This document shows, one piece after another, positions 24,565 to 37,179 of a stretch of 64,000 nucleotides of DNA (within the stretch, counting starts at the first letter, position 1; each line of letters begins with the position of its first letter). Source of the DNA: Cetorhinus maximus (taxonomy: Eukaryota). The stretch spans positions 3,224,001-3,288,000 of the forward strand of contig NC_135899.1 of assembly GCF_964194155.1 (NCBI RefSeq). The letters run 5' to 3'. The position numbers were made by a program, and so were the translations under genes. The notes under the pieces were generated by a model. The model was given only the letters and a program-made list of their open reading frames with translations, was not told the origin of the DNA and made no database searches.

Positions 24565-25874
24565 CTGCAGAGACAGAAATTTATCAATATTTTACACTTT
24601 TTCCTTTCATGAACATGCCAAGCTATGATTCATCAAGCGCTTACTGGCCAAGCAACCATTCTTAATGTGCAAGCCTAGATCTTAGTGGGCAGGGGTTGGT
24701 GAGGCATTACGAACCTTAGGGTGAGGCAGTGTTGGGTTGTAATTTTTTCCCCTGTCCTTTTATGGGATGCAGGCTTCGCTGGATAGGCCAGCATTTATTG
24801 CCTTTCCCTTGAGAAGGTGGTGGTGAGCTGCCTTCTTGAACCGCTGCAGTCCATGTGGTGTAGGTACACCCACTGTGCTGTTAGGGAGGGAGTGCCAGGA
24901 TTTTGTCCCAGCGACAGTGAAGGAACGGCAATTTGGTTCCAAGTCAGGATGGTGCGTGGCTTGGTGGTGTTCCCATGTGTCTGCTACCACCAAGAAGGTC
25001 AAGGGTAATAATGCTGAGCGAGCCAGCGACCCCACACCCCAAAGAATTTTTTTAAAAAATTACAACCCAAAGCTATTCTCTTCACCCACATGGCACTTGA
25101 TTTCCATTAGATAGCAATCAGCATCAAGAATTTCAGCTGGCTCTTCCCTCTCTTGTCCGATGACAGGGACCAGTCATGATCTCTGCATCAAGACTGGCGC
25201 AGTCACAGATAAATGACCAAACTTATGACCGTCTCTGTTCTGGAGTATGCGACTTCGCAATGGCCAACGTACTGACTAACAGCCATCAGGAGAGACACTC
25301 CCATCCCAACATTCTCTCTCTATCTTTTTCTGATGAGTGCCAGAATCGAGGGTAATGGGTAGGTGTCTGCAAGCCGCAACTGGCACAGCCTTTGAAAGCC
25401 CAAGTGAGTTAGCTTGGCACGGCTTTGCCTCCCAGATTTCCCCCAAGCCCTATGGCGATATTACTGCAATCTCTGCTCTGCTCAAAACAGCATCTCCTCT
25501 AAATCTACATCCCTGTCCCCTCCCAGCGAGTTACAAATCAATGAGCAGTAGATCATCAGAGTATCAACTGCACAGGGCAGAAACCCACAACTCATTGAAA
25601 AGGTGTCTGAATATGCAGCTCAATTGCCGTAACCTACAAGGTTACGGACCAAGTGCTGGAAAGTGGGATTAGACTGGGTGGCTTGTTTCTCGGCCAGCAC
25701 AGACACGATGGGCCAAGTGGTCTCTTTCTGTGCCATAAACTTTCGTGATTCTATGCGCAAATCTGCAGCAAATTCTGCTGCCAGTGGCAGTGCTCTAGTC
25801 CAATGTGCCACCGATTTATGCTGGTATTAACACGGCAGAAAGCTTTCGATTCAGTTATATTAAGTTCTTCAGTT

Positions 25875-26835
25875 CCGGAGTTCCTCAGGATAGTGTCCTC
25901 AGCACAACCATCTTCAGCTGCTTCATCAATGACCTTCCTTCCATCATAAGGCCAGAAGTGGGTATGTTCACTGATGATTGTACAATGTTCAACACCATTC
26001 GCGACTCTTCAGATACTGAAGCAGTCCATGTCCAAATGCAGCAAGACCTGGACAATATCCAAGCTTGGGCTGACAAGTGGCAAGTAACATTCACGACACA
26101 TAAGTGTCAGTACCAACAAGAGAGAATCTAACCATCGCCCCTTGACATTCAATGGGCATTCCCATCACTGAATCCCCATTATCAACATCCTGGGGGTTAC
26201 CATTGACCAGAAACTGAACTGGACTAGCCATATAAATACTGTGGTTACAAGAGCAGGTCAGAGGCTGGGAATCCTGCAGCGAGTAACTCACCTCCTGACT
26301 CCCCAAAGCCTGTCCATCATCTACAAGGCACAAGTCAGGAGTGTGATGGAATACTCCCCACTTGCCTGGATGAGTGCAGCTCCCACAATACTTGAGAAGC
26401 TTGACACCATCCAGGACGAAGCAGCCACCTTGATTGGCACCATATCCACAAACATTCATTCATTCCACTACCAATGCACAGTAGCAGCAGATGCACTGAA
26501 GGAATTCACTAAGGCTCCTTCGACAGCACCTTCCAAACCCACGAACACAAACATCTAGAAGGACAAGGGCAGCAGACACATGGGAACACCACCACCTGGA
26601 AATTCCCCTCCAAGTCACTCGCCATCCTGACTTGGAAATATAACGCTGTTTCTTCACTGTCACTGGGTCAAAATCCTGGAACTCCCTTCCTAACAGCACT
26701 GTTGGTGTACCTACACCACATGGACTGCAACGGTTCAAGAAGGCAGCTCACCACCACCTTCTCAAGGGCAGTTAGGGATGGGCAATAAATGCTGGAACAG
26801 CCAGCGAAGCCCACATCCCACGAATGAATTAAAAA
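25875..26835 (+). mobile_element. 5'-truncated LINE (CR1/L2 clade) with RT C-terminus and intact 3' tail
   Basis: GVPQDSVL...FINDLP...MFTDDC, YKAQVRSVMEYSPLAW; tail matches SINE family A. Tail-only copies at about 18715-18870, 24760-24990, 29720-30020, 39750-39947 and 54370-54590. Confidence 0.85.
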
Positions 26836-26890
26836 AAAGTGCAGGGAAGAACAAAGCCGCTGCCGTGAAGTAGGATTTAAAATATTCTAC

Positions 26891-26952
26891 CTGACACTCC
26901 TGGTAATGATTCTCAGCACCTGACACCGCAAATCGAACTAGGCAGTCAGATT
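26891..26952 (-). CDS. Probable small upstream exon of the FAM111-like gene (ESDCLVRFAVSGAENHYQECQ)
   Basis: Strong acceptor ctttctttcag and donor CAG|GTAGA; 62 nt, open in the phase 1 to 0 frame needed to join the large exon. Confidence 0.55.
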
Positions 26953-29354
26953 CTGAAAGAAAGGAAAGGTTAAATTATTTTAAACTAAAAAGAAGAAAAA
27001 CTGCACATGCTGGAAATGAAAGATGAATAGAAAGGACTAGAAGTACACAGCTGGTCTGTGGGAGATGGGTCAACATTCCAGGTTGATATCCTTTTATCAA
27101 TTCTTACAAAGTTTCATGCCGAAATGTTTGCCTGCCATTTCTCATTACAAGGAACAACCGGCCTGCTAACTCTAGCATATCCTCTGCTCCTGAATACATT
27201 GACCCTCCGCTAGACGGTTAGCAAAAATTAGCATTCAAGTACCACAAGTGCTGACTGCCCTCCGAAATCATACCGAAATGGTCATCGTGCCCCAAGAGTC
27301 TTAAAGTGGGCGCTGACCCACTATTCAGCAGCCCAATCAAATCTGGTCCTTATTTTACGTCCCTGTGTGTACTTCCTGCAGGGCCACCAGTTATTGCTCA
27401 AGAGTGGGAATCCGGAACAGTATTCCCTTCCTCATGGTTGCATAATGAACATCCGAATTAGAAGCAGTAAATCACTCAACCCCCGCAAAGCTTGCTCCGC
27501 CATTCAATAAGGTCATGGCTCATCTGATTTTAACCTCAACCCCCACATTCCCATCTACCCCCAGTAACCTTTCACCCCCTTACTTATCAAGAATTTACCC
27601 CTGCCTTAAAAATATTCAAAGGCTCTGCTTCCAACACCTTGTGAGGAAGAGAGTTCCGAACCCTCACAAAAGAAATTTCTCCTAATTTCTGTCTTAAATG
27701 GGCACAGTGGTAACTTCATTGTCCCCAGAGTCTCTGGATTATTAGTTCACAGGTTCAAATCCCACCACGGCAGCTGGAGGAGTTTAAACTCAACTAATAA
27801 ATCTGGAATTGAAAGCTAGTCTCAATAATGGTGACCGTGAAACTATCATCAATTGTCGCAAAAACCCATCTGGTTCACTAATGTCCTTTAGGGAAGGAAA
27901 TCTGCCCTCCTTACCCGGTCTGGCCTATGAGACTCCAGGTCCACAGCAATGTGGTTGACTCTTGACTGCCCTCTGAAAAGGCCTAGAAAACCACTCAGTT
28001 TCAAGGGAAATTAGGGAATGGGCTACAAATGCCAGCCTTGCCAACGATGCCAACATCCCATGAAAGAGTAAAGGAAAAAAATAACCTAGGAGCACTGAAA
28101 CAACAGTGCCCTTCCAAGAGCCCCAATGTAATAGCAGAAAAGGTGACTGTTACAAAATCCTCTGTGTAAGTGACACCCTTGCGCAAACTTGAGATGTAGA
28201 AACCTGGAGCTGTTATCAGCTGTATCTCAGCTGATTGAAAACTCACTACTCAAGAGTTATATGAGTTCCATTTCCACTCGAGACTGGGGTGTAAAACCCC
28301 ACTTCAATACAATGCTTAGGCAGTCAGAGGTGCCACTTTCAAGACAAGAATTGAAAAGTACGTCATGGGCTGTTGAGTGCTTTTGGAATGTCCTCGGGAC
28401 ATGAGAGGTGCTGCTGGCTGTTTCTTAGTTTTGTTGGCTCCTCAACTCATCCACAAGTCTAATTCCATCTAGACTGGCAGATCCATCGCTCACCCAAAGT
28501 CCTCTTCTGAACGCACAAGTCTGGTTAACTGTGTGCAAAGTGATTCAACTATTGAGAAAGCATCACCAATCGAACACGACCTTGTGCTCACTCAACATGT
28601 CACGCCTGCCCTTGTCCAACGTGGTGATGAGGCTTTCTTTTCCCCCTCTCCTCACTAACACAAGGATGCTTCGTCCAATTATAGGATTTAGCTAATGTCA
28701 TCTGTCTGATAATCAAACTCAGCACAAACTAGTGATTAAATTTGGAACCTTCCCTGTCTCCCATTCTAGGGACCACACCAGGCTGTATATTCATCCACTG
28801 AACCGTAATGGGAGCTTAAGCATAACTTTTTTTTTCTCCATTTAAATTGTCATTAAGTTTTTCAATGAATCATTTGCAAATCAGAACTCAAGCTAAGGTA
28901 GCACAACATGTTCTGCCAAGTTCTGAACCTGGCAGAAGGGACATCGCTAAGAACATGGGATCAGCAGAAATCTAAACGAAACGAAGGGGAAAAAAACAAA
29001 CCTATTTCCAAAAAAATGTATAACTTTATCAATGCCTTTGTAATATGCACTGTGGAAAGGACATAGCTATTAAAATAACAATATAAACTAAGGAATTTTA
29101 AAGCAAAGTGCATTTCATTTGATAAATTGTGCCTTCAAAATGAGGGCTGTTGGAAAATGCATGTGTGAAAGATGCATTTTACAAAACTAACACCCCCCTA
29201 GTTTAGCACTGAAACTTTACCTCTCACCATGCACCAGATTCTAAAGTGGCGAGACAACCTGACTACTGTCAATGCTGTCAGGAAGTGTTTAACTCGCTCC
29301 TGATTACCCCACTGCCCCCTTCCACCACCCCAGCTAGTCACTCTCATCTCATAC

Positions 29355-29436
29355 CTTGCTTTATGTTCCTTTGTAGAGGGTTGCCATCCTTCCTGGGGCC
29401 ACTTGCATCTTGTGGCTGTGTAAGACAAGGATTCAT
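29355..29436 (-). CDS. Candidate first coding exon of the FAM111-like gene (MNPCLTQPQDASGPRKDGNPLQRNIKQ)
   Basis: acaATG with A at -3; donor AAG|GTATGA; 82 nt ends in phase 1, matching the 62-nt exon; the three exons would give 656 aa. Confidence 0.45.
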
Positions 29437-32400
29437 TGTTACTCAACAGGAATCTTCCCCCTGCCGTCTGGTCCAACAATCTTGTCCACAGACGTGAGCG
29501 CCTGGGCTATAAATTTCGCTGCAACAGTACAGGTCTTGGGGCTTTTATTCATTGACCTATGTCAGTATGTGAGACCCTTCCAAGGAAACATAAATCAAGT
29601 TTGCAAATATTTAAAAATTGTGAAGTATAATTCAGGAAGGGGGTTTGAAGGTGACATTAGATTCAACCAGTAACATTTCAGCCAAGGTTCCACCCTTACA
29701 ATCCTGTTTCTTTTTATTCATTCATGGGATGTGAGCTGCCTTCTTGAACCACTGCAGTTCATGTGGCGTAGGTACACCCACAGTGTTGTTAGGGAGGGAG
29801 TTCCAGGGTTTTGACCCAGCAACAGTGAAAGAACAGCGATATATTTCCAAGTCAGGATGGCGAATAGCTTGAAGGGGAACTTCCAGGCGGTGGTGTTCCC
29901 ACGTGTCTGCTGCCCTCATCCTAGATGGTAGCGGTCATGGGTTTGGAAGGTGCTGTCTAAGGAGCCTTGGTGAGTTGCTGCAGTGCATCTTCTAGATGGT
30001 AGATACTGCTGTCACTGTTACCACCCCACCTCCAACACCCAAGCTTCTTCTGCAAGTCCTGACTCTTGGAGGAGTATGGCTCTGTGAGCCCAGCAGTCCT
30101 TCACTACCTCGCCTAAGGAGTAATTCTACAGGATATCGAGAACGAGAAGTGTTAGCCTACTTAATAGGAAGCAAATGCCAGTGCACTGCACTCTAAAACA
30201 AGTTTCAACTGATACTCCATTTTACAATGCGAACACCAATAGCATGCCCAATTAAAATATTACAGCCGATATGCCACTGACTTTAATTGCAACATTTAAG
30301 AAATTTTAAAACAGTCCCAGATGTCAAAAACACCAGGCACAATCAGGTCTGAAATTTTAGCTGAAAGCCAGGCTGGTTTCTGGAATGGTTTGCATTGCAC
30401 AATTCCAGTTTTTTAATGCTACATTTGTTTTAAGAATGCACACATGCAACTAACAAGCTTGGGACTGACCCAAAGAATGGCAGGGTTCGGGTCATCAGTC
30501 TCCAGGAGGTATGGCTCACAGCCCAATTACAACTGGCCAGAATGCCTCACAGAAGGGAATAAACCAGGGCTTCAGGCAAGATTGCTATTCTGGTATTAAA
30601 TAGTAATTCCTATGGACATGTGGGAGTTGGACAATAAACACACAGGACTGCGGGATCACCGAATTTTCCCCAAGAGGGTACCTCAATCAACTGAAGGACA
30701 AGTTGAAGCTACACTGCTATAGACATTATCACAGGCCTGCACTTCCATCAAGTGACACTGCTCCTCTGGCAACTCAATTTTTCACTTATAAAGAATTTCA
30801 ACTGAGACCAAGAGGAGGGCCAACCCTGCAGCATCAATCAGCACCTTTGGTGATAGAGAAGAACCCTTTATTGAGCTTTGCTTTGACAAGACAATGCATT
30901 ATATTACCACCACTAGACTGGATTGCTCCACGGGGAGCAAGCATGGAATCAACGGGCCGAACAGTGACTGGAGGAAGATGATGTAGTCAAAGTGATAAAT
31001 GACTTTTAAAATAAAAAGCAGCTTTGTTACTCTTATAAGGTTGTCGGAAAGGGTTTAGCTTCTCCAGTTAGAAAACAATAAGCTGCAGGACTGGCATTAA
31101 CAAATAAAATCACACACGTGACAACTCATTCTAGCATCACAAGCAAGTGACGTGGAGCCCCAAATATCATTAACCCCTTGTAGACACATTCCTTCACAAG
31201 CTACGTGGAATCAATTAGAAAAGCCTTGAAACGTTTCAGTGGGCTCTCAAAAGGTATACACTAAAAATTAAATAGGATATCACAGCATGAAAGGGAACCA
31301 TCCAGCCCAATATCACCTGCAACACTTTACTAGAACAATCCAATATTAAATCTAGCATCTCCATATTCCTGCATTTCCCCACCTTCTCTTCAAATGCTTG
31401 GCTCGCCTATTCCCAGGAAAGCTGCCATGCTCTCTGCCTCCGCTGCTCCATCTTAACAAGAGCAAAGGGAGGCCATTCAGCCCCTGAAGCCTCTGAGTGC
31501 TGTTCAATTAAAACCACGGCTGATCTGCAGTTTAATTCTATCTGGCCAACTTGATTCTGGAATCCTTAGTAAGATTAACTAACAAAAGAAAATCTATCAA
31601 TCTCAGTCTTGAAAAATTCTGTCCACTCCCAGCCTCAACAACTTTGAAGGCAGAGGGCTCCACTGTCCTTTGTGTGAAGAAGTGCCTCCAGACTTCACCC
31701 TTGAACAGCTTAGCTCTAAGTTTAAGATTAATCCCCCTCCCTTTTTGCTCTTGGCCTTTATCTGTTTTCTGCATAAAGGAAAAGATACAGTGAAAAGACT
31801 ACATTGAGGGGGCTCCAAAAAGACCGGCCAGAATGGCAAAACAAAGATAGAAGATAGAACTAGTGGAAGATATTTGCATAATGGTGCTGTCACTGGGCTA
31901 GTAATCCAGAGGTCCAGGCTAATGCTCTGAGGACATGGGTTCAAATCCCATCATGGCAGCTGGTGGAATTTAAATTCAGTTAATAAATCTGGAATTGAAA
32001 ACCAGTTTCCGTCACGGTGACCATGACAACCATCACTGATTGTTGTAAAAACCCATCTGGTTCCTTAATGTCCCTTTAGGGAAGGAAATCTGCCATCCTC
32101 ACCCAGTCTGGCCTACATGTGACTCCAGACCCACAGCAATGCGGTAGACTCTTAGTTGCCCTCAAATGGTGGAGCAAGCCATTCATTTCAAGGGCAAATA
32201 GGGGTGGGCAACAAATGCGGGTCTTGTCAGCAGCACCCACATCCCACGAAAGAATTAAAAAAAAGCTAGTGAAAATAAATTGAAAAGTTGTTTTTTTTAA
32301 AAAAAGTACAAATGGAATTATCTCCCAGATATGAAAGCAGAGTCAGAGACAAGTTAGGAAGTGGATGTTGGGGCTGGGTGATTGGTAGGACAAGTGCCAA

Positions 32401-33880
32401 CTGGGCTGGTTCTGCAGCCCTCCGATGTTCATGACTCACAACCGCCATGGTTACAATATCTCCAGTGCCCCCACTGAGTGAGGTTGACAGCTTTGCGGCC
32501 AAGTTGCCTGATCTAGCGCAGGATTCAACTCAAGGGTTGGCAACCTGATTTTGGTGGGGGGTGGTGGTGAGAAGAGATCAGGGTGAGTGACCTGCAAGAG
32601 GTACAAAGCTGCCACAAAGGAGTCAGCAGGAAGGTGAAGTCCAGCGGAGGGCCACTCAATGAAGCCAGGGACCGCAGTGGGATGTGTGTTTCTGGAGCTG
32701 GCCCGGGAAGGGCCAGAAAGCGCATTGATAAAGAGAACGAGAGAAGTACCGTAGGTGTCCGGCTGCCTTCATCACTCGAGGAACTCATCCTGTGGTTTTA
32801 TCACGCAGCACTGAAATAAAAACAGAAAAGTTTATGAGAGAGTATATCAACTGGGCCTTTTCAGAGAGGCAGGATCGCCATTAGGGCCCCTCGACGCCTC
32901 CCAACAGAAATATGGGATTCTGTCCCACAAAACCATCTGGAAACGGGGCAAGTGGGGCCACTTTGAAAGAACACATCACCATGGGCACTGCTTTTCAAGA
33001 AGGTTCCAGTGTATGGTGTGAAGCATAGACTGCATGACTAAGATCAGCAAACAAGATGAAGCTGGATTGAAGTGGCGATCTGTGCAGAGTTCCACCACTG
33101 CAACCACTGCAACATTCGCTCCCAGCACTAATGGATGAGCAAGTGCAAAAAGAGTCCCCACACCAGATCACTGCCCAATGGTCACCGTAGCAGAAAAGGC
33201 ACTGGGCAAGGACAAGGTGATGCTTTTCAGTGGTGCCCTCCATGATCGAATAGACTGTTGATGTTCACTGTCTCAGATCACATGTGAAGTATGACACCAT
33301 TGGAGGGAGGCTAACATACTGTAGTGCTGTCTACATCCGAATAATCCTGTACCCAGATGATTTGAGCCTTTAACAACAGTTCCCTTAGCATAATAAAACA
33401 TCCCGAGGAGCTTCACAATATCATTATCAAACAAAATATGACACTGAGCCACATCAGGAGATATTAGGTAGCTTCGTTGAACAAGTGGGTTTTAAGGGAG
33501 GTAGAGAGGACTGGCAGGGAATTCCAGAGCTTGGGATTCCAGGCAACTGATGGCACAGCTACCAATGGTGTCACAATTATTACTGGGGATGGCCAAGAGG
33601 CCAGAGGTTAGATGCCAGAATTAGGAACTGAAGTCGGCCATTCGACCCCAAGAGCCTGTTCCAATATTCATTGCATCACGGCTGATCTGAACATAGCCCC
33701 AACTTCACATTCCTCCTACCCACAATAACCGCTAATATGAACATGAATGAGCGCAGCAGATATCCCGGGGGAGATTGGCTTACGGAATCTGGTGTGGGGT
33801 GGGGGGAGCCTGTTTAATGGAGTAGAAAAGGAGGAAATAGAAGTGGGCGACAGAAGATAGGGAAGGGTGGACGGCGGACG

Positions 33881-35275
33881 TGGAGGGGGGGAGAGAGGGC
33901 GAGAGCGGAGGGGGGGAGAGAGGGCGAGAGCGGAGGGGGGGAGAGAGGGCGAGAGCGGAGGGGGGGAGAGAGGGCGAGAGCGGAGGGGGGGAGAGAGGGC
34001 GAGAGCGGAGGGGGGGAAAGAGGGCGAGAGCGGAGGGGGGGAGAGAGGGCGAGAGCGGAGGGGGGGAAAGAGGGCGAGAGCGGAGGGGGGGAAAGAGGGC
34101 GAGAGCGGAGGGGGGGAAAGAGGGCGAGAGCGGAGGGGGGGAAAGAGGGCGAGAGCGGAGGGGGGGAAAGAGGGCGAGAGCGGAGGGGGGGAAAGAGGGC
34201 GAGAGCGGAGGGGGGGAAAGAGGGCGAGAGCGGAGGGGGGGAAAGAGGGCGAGAGCGGAGGGGGGGAAAGAGGGCGAGAGCGGAGGGGGGGAAAGAGGGC
34301 GAGAGCGGAGGGGGGGAAAGAGGGCGAGAGCGGAGGGGGGGAAAGAGGGCGAGAGCGGAGGGGGGGAAAGAGGGCGAGAGCGGAGGGGGGGAAAGAGGGC
34401 GAGAGCGGAGGGGGGGAAAGAGGGCGAGAGCGGAGGGGGGGAAAGAGGGCGAGAGCGGAGGGGGGGAAAGAGGGCGAGAGCGGAGGGGGGGAAAGAGGGC
34501 GAGAGCGGAGGGGGGGAAAGAGGGCGAGAGCGGAGGGGGGGAAAGAGGGCGAGAGCGGAGGGGGGGAAAGAGGGCGAGAGCGGAGGGGGGGAAGAGGGCG
34601 AGAGCGGAGGGGGGGAAAGAGGGCGAGAGCGGAGGGGGGGAAAGAGGGCGAGAGCGGAGGGGGGGAAAGAGGGCGAGAGCGGAGGGGGGGAAAGAGGGCG
34701 AGAGCGGAGGGGGGGAAAGAGGGCGAGAGCGGAGGGGGGGAAAGAGGACGAGAGCGGAGGGGGGGGAAAGAGGGCGAGAGCGGAGGGGGGGAACGAGGGC
34801 GAGAGCGGAGGGGGGGAACGAGGGCGAGAGCGGAGGGGGGGAACGAGGGCGAGAGCGGAGGGGGGGAACGAGGGCGAGAGCGGAGGGGGGGAACGAGGGC
34901 GAGAGCGGAGGGGGGGAACGAGGGCGAGAGCGGAGGGGGGGAACGAGGGCGAGAGCGGAGGGGGGGAAAGAGGGCGAGAGCGGAGGGGGGGAAAGAGGGC
35001 GAGAGCGGAGGGGGGGAACGAGGGCGAGAGCGGAGGGGGGGATCGAGGGCGAGAGCGGAGGGGGGGAACGAGGGCGAGAGCGGAGGGGGGGAACGAGGGC
35101 GAGAGCGGAGGGGGGGAAAGAGGGCGAGAGCGGAGGGGGGGAAAGAGGGCGAGAGCGGAGGGGGGGAAAGAGGGCGAGAGCGGAGGGGGGGAAGTGGGCG
35201 AGAGCGGAGGGGGGGGGAAAAGAGGGCGAGAGCGGAGGGGGGGAAAGAGGGCGAGAGCGGAGGGGGGAAAGAGGC
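33881..35275. repeat. G-rich 25-bp minisatellite, about 55 copies
   Basis: Unit CGGAGGGGGGGAAAGAGGGCGAGAG with clustered variants GAGA, GAAA, GAAC. Confidence 0.97.
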
Positions 35276-35469
35276 CGAGGGAGGTGGGTATGCAAGGCGA
35301 GGGAGGAGGGTGTCCGTAGGGGTGGGGGGCACGTTCTGGGGCCACGAGGCGAGGGCGTATCCTGGGGGGGCAGGGCGAGGTGGGTAACCTGGGGGTAATA
35401 GCCGGGGGGGTATGGGTCCGGGCAGGGACAGGGGGTATACGGGGGGGGGTATGCGGGGGGGCGGGGGGG

Positions 35470-35800
35470 CCTCCTGGGCGAAGGGGCCGGGGGGGCCTCC
35501 TGGGCGAAGGGGATGGGGGGCATCCTGGGCGAAGGGGATGGGGGGCATCCTGGGCGAAGGGGGGCATCCTGGGCGAAGGGGATGGGGGGCATCCTGGGCG
35601 AAGGGGATGGGGGGCATCCTGGGCGAAGGGGATGGGGGGCATCCTGGGCGAAGGGGATGGGGGGCATCCTGGGCGAAGGGGATGGGGGGCATCCTGGGCG
35701 AAGGGGATGGGGGGCATCCTGGGCGAAGGGGATGGGGGGCATCCTGGGCGAAGGGGATGGGGGGCATCCTGGGCGAAGGGGATGGGAGCATCCTGGGGGG
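35470..35800. repeat. Second G-rich 25-bp minisatellite
   Basis: Unit ATCCTGGGCGAAGGGGATGGGGGGC, about 13 copies. Confidence 0.93.
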
Positions 35801-36390
35801 CATCTTGGGGGAAAGGGGCAGGGGGCATCCTGGGGGGCAGGGGGTATCCTGGAGGGGGCATCCTGGAGGGGGCTGGGGGCGGGGATATCCTTGGGGGGGG
35901 GGGGGGGGGGGGGCTGGGGGGGGGTACCCTGGGGGTGGGGGTATCCTGGGAGGGGCTGTGGGTGGGGATATCCCGGGGAGGCGGCGCGGGAGTTTCCTGG
36001 GAGGGCGGGGTGTGGGTGTATCCTGGGTGGGCAGGGGAATCCTGGGGGCGGGGGGGTATCCTTGGGGGGTGGGGGTATCCTGGGGTGGCGGGGGTATCCT
36101 GGGGGGGGCGGTGCAGAGGGGCGGGGGTATCCTGGGGGGGCGGTGCGGGGTCTGGGGGTATCCTGGGGGGACGATGCGGGAGGCGGGGGTATCCTGGGGG
36201 GGCGGGGGTATCCTGTGGGGGGGGCGGTGCGGGGTTATCCTGGGGGGGCGGGGTTATCCTGGGGGGGGGGGGGGGCGGTGCGGGGGGCGGGGGTATCCTG
36301 GGGGGCGGGGTTATCCTGGGGGGGGGGCGGTGAGGAGGTATGGGGGGGGGGGCGGGGCGTGGGGTATTTGCGGGAGGGAGGGTATCAGGG
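35800..36390. repeat. Degenerate GGGGTATCCTGGGGGG repeat
   Basis: Recurrent TATCCT cores separated by G-runs. Confidence 0.8.
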
Positions 36391-36399
36391 ACGCGGTGT

Positions 36400-36870
36400 G
36401 AGAGAGCGACCGCTCCGGGCCGGTGTCTAATCCCCATCAATAACACGGACCCGTGAACGAGGCCTCAACGCCGCCCATTCCCCGTCCGGCCGGAGCAGCT
36501 GCAATCCTCGGGCGCCCCCCCGCCCCATCCCCTCTCTCGCAGGCTCGGGGAGCCCCGAAATCACCCCCGCTTCTCTCTCCCCCCCCCCCCAGCCCGGGCC
36601 CGCCAGAGTCTCAGCATCTGCCGGGGAGAAGGTGAGAGGAGCGGTTCAGAGAGGCTCCATCCTCCCTCCCTCCATTTCTCACCGATCCAACGGACGGCCG
36701 GCCCCCCCCTCACTGTGTCCGGAAAGTGGGTGAAGCCTGAAGCAGCAGGCCCGGGTTGGGTAACGTCAGCGTCGGCCGTCCCCGCTCCTCATTGGCTGCC
36801 GCGGTCATGTGACCGTGCAGCGGGAGGGGGCGGGGCATGTTCAGTTCCTGACGTCACAACGGGGCCGGGG
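36400..36870 (-). promoter_or_regulatory. CpG-island promoter and probable non-coding exon 1 of the FAM111-like gene
   Basis: Dense CpG; ATTGG at 36791, GC box GGGGCGGGG near 36827, full CRE TGACGTCA at 36849-36856, ETS-like CCGGAA near 36719; minus-strand donor CG|GTGAGA at 36683/36682. Confidence 0.65.
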
Positions 36871-37179
36871 TGAAAGGTCAGAGGGGCTGTATCCTTGAGG
36901 GAGGCAGAGTTACAGTTAGATCATGTCTCTCCTCACTTCAATCACTCATCAAAACATAAACAACCCTTGAAGAGCAATCTCCAGGTCATAGCTCTCTGCG
37001 ATCCTGGTGAATAATCATAGGCACGTTAAAAAAAAAATTGTTTATCCTTTGTCATTTTTTTTGACATTTCTCTATAGTAGATACAATAATATTGAAAATG
37101 GGGGAAGGTAAAGGCTAAAATAGAAGCAAAAAACTGCGGATGCTGGAAATCCAAAACAAAAATAAAAATACCTGGAAAA

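Noticed and set aside
33881-35275. Possible CRISPR-like array
   Set aside because: Head-to-tail tandem units with no unique spacers, in eukaryotic DNA
33716-36446. Long Pro-rich and Gly/Arg/Glu-rich ORFs (up to 888 aa) in several frames
   Set aside because: They arise from stop-free G-rich minisatellites, are open in most frames, and show no exon structure
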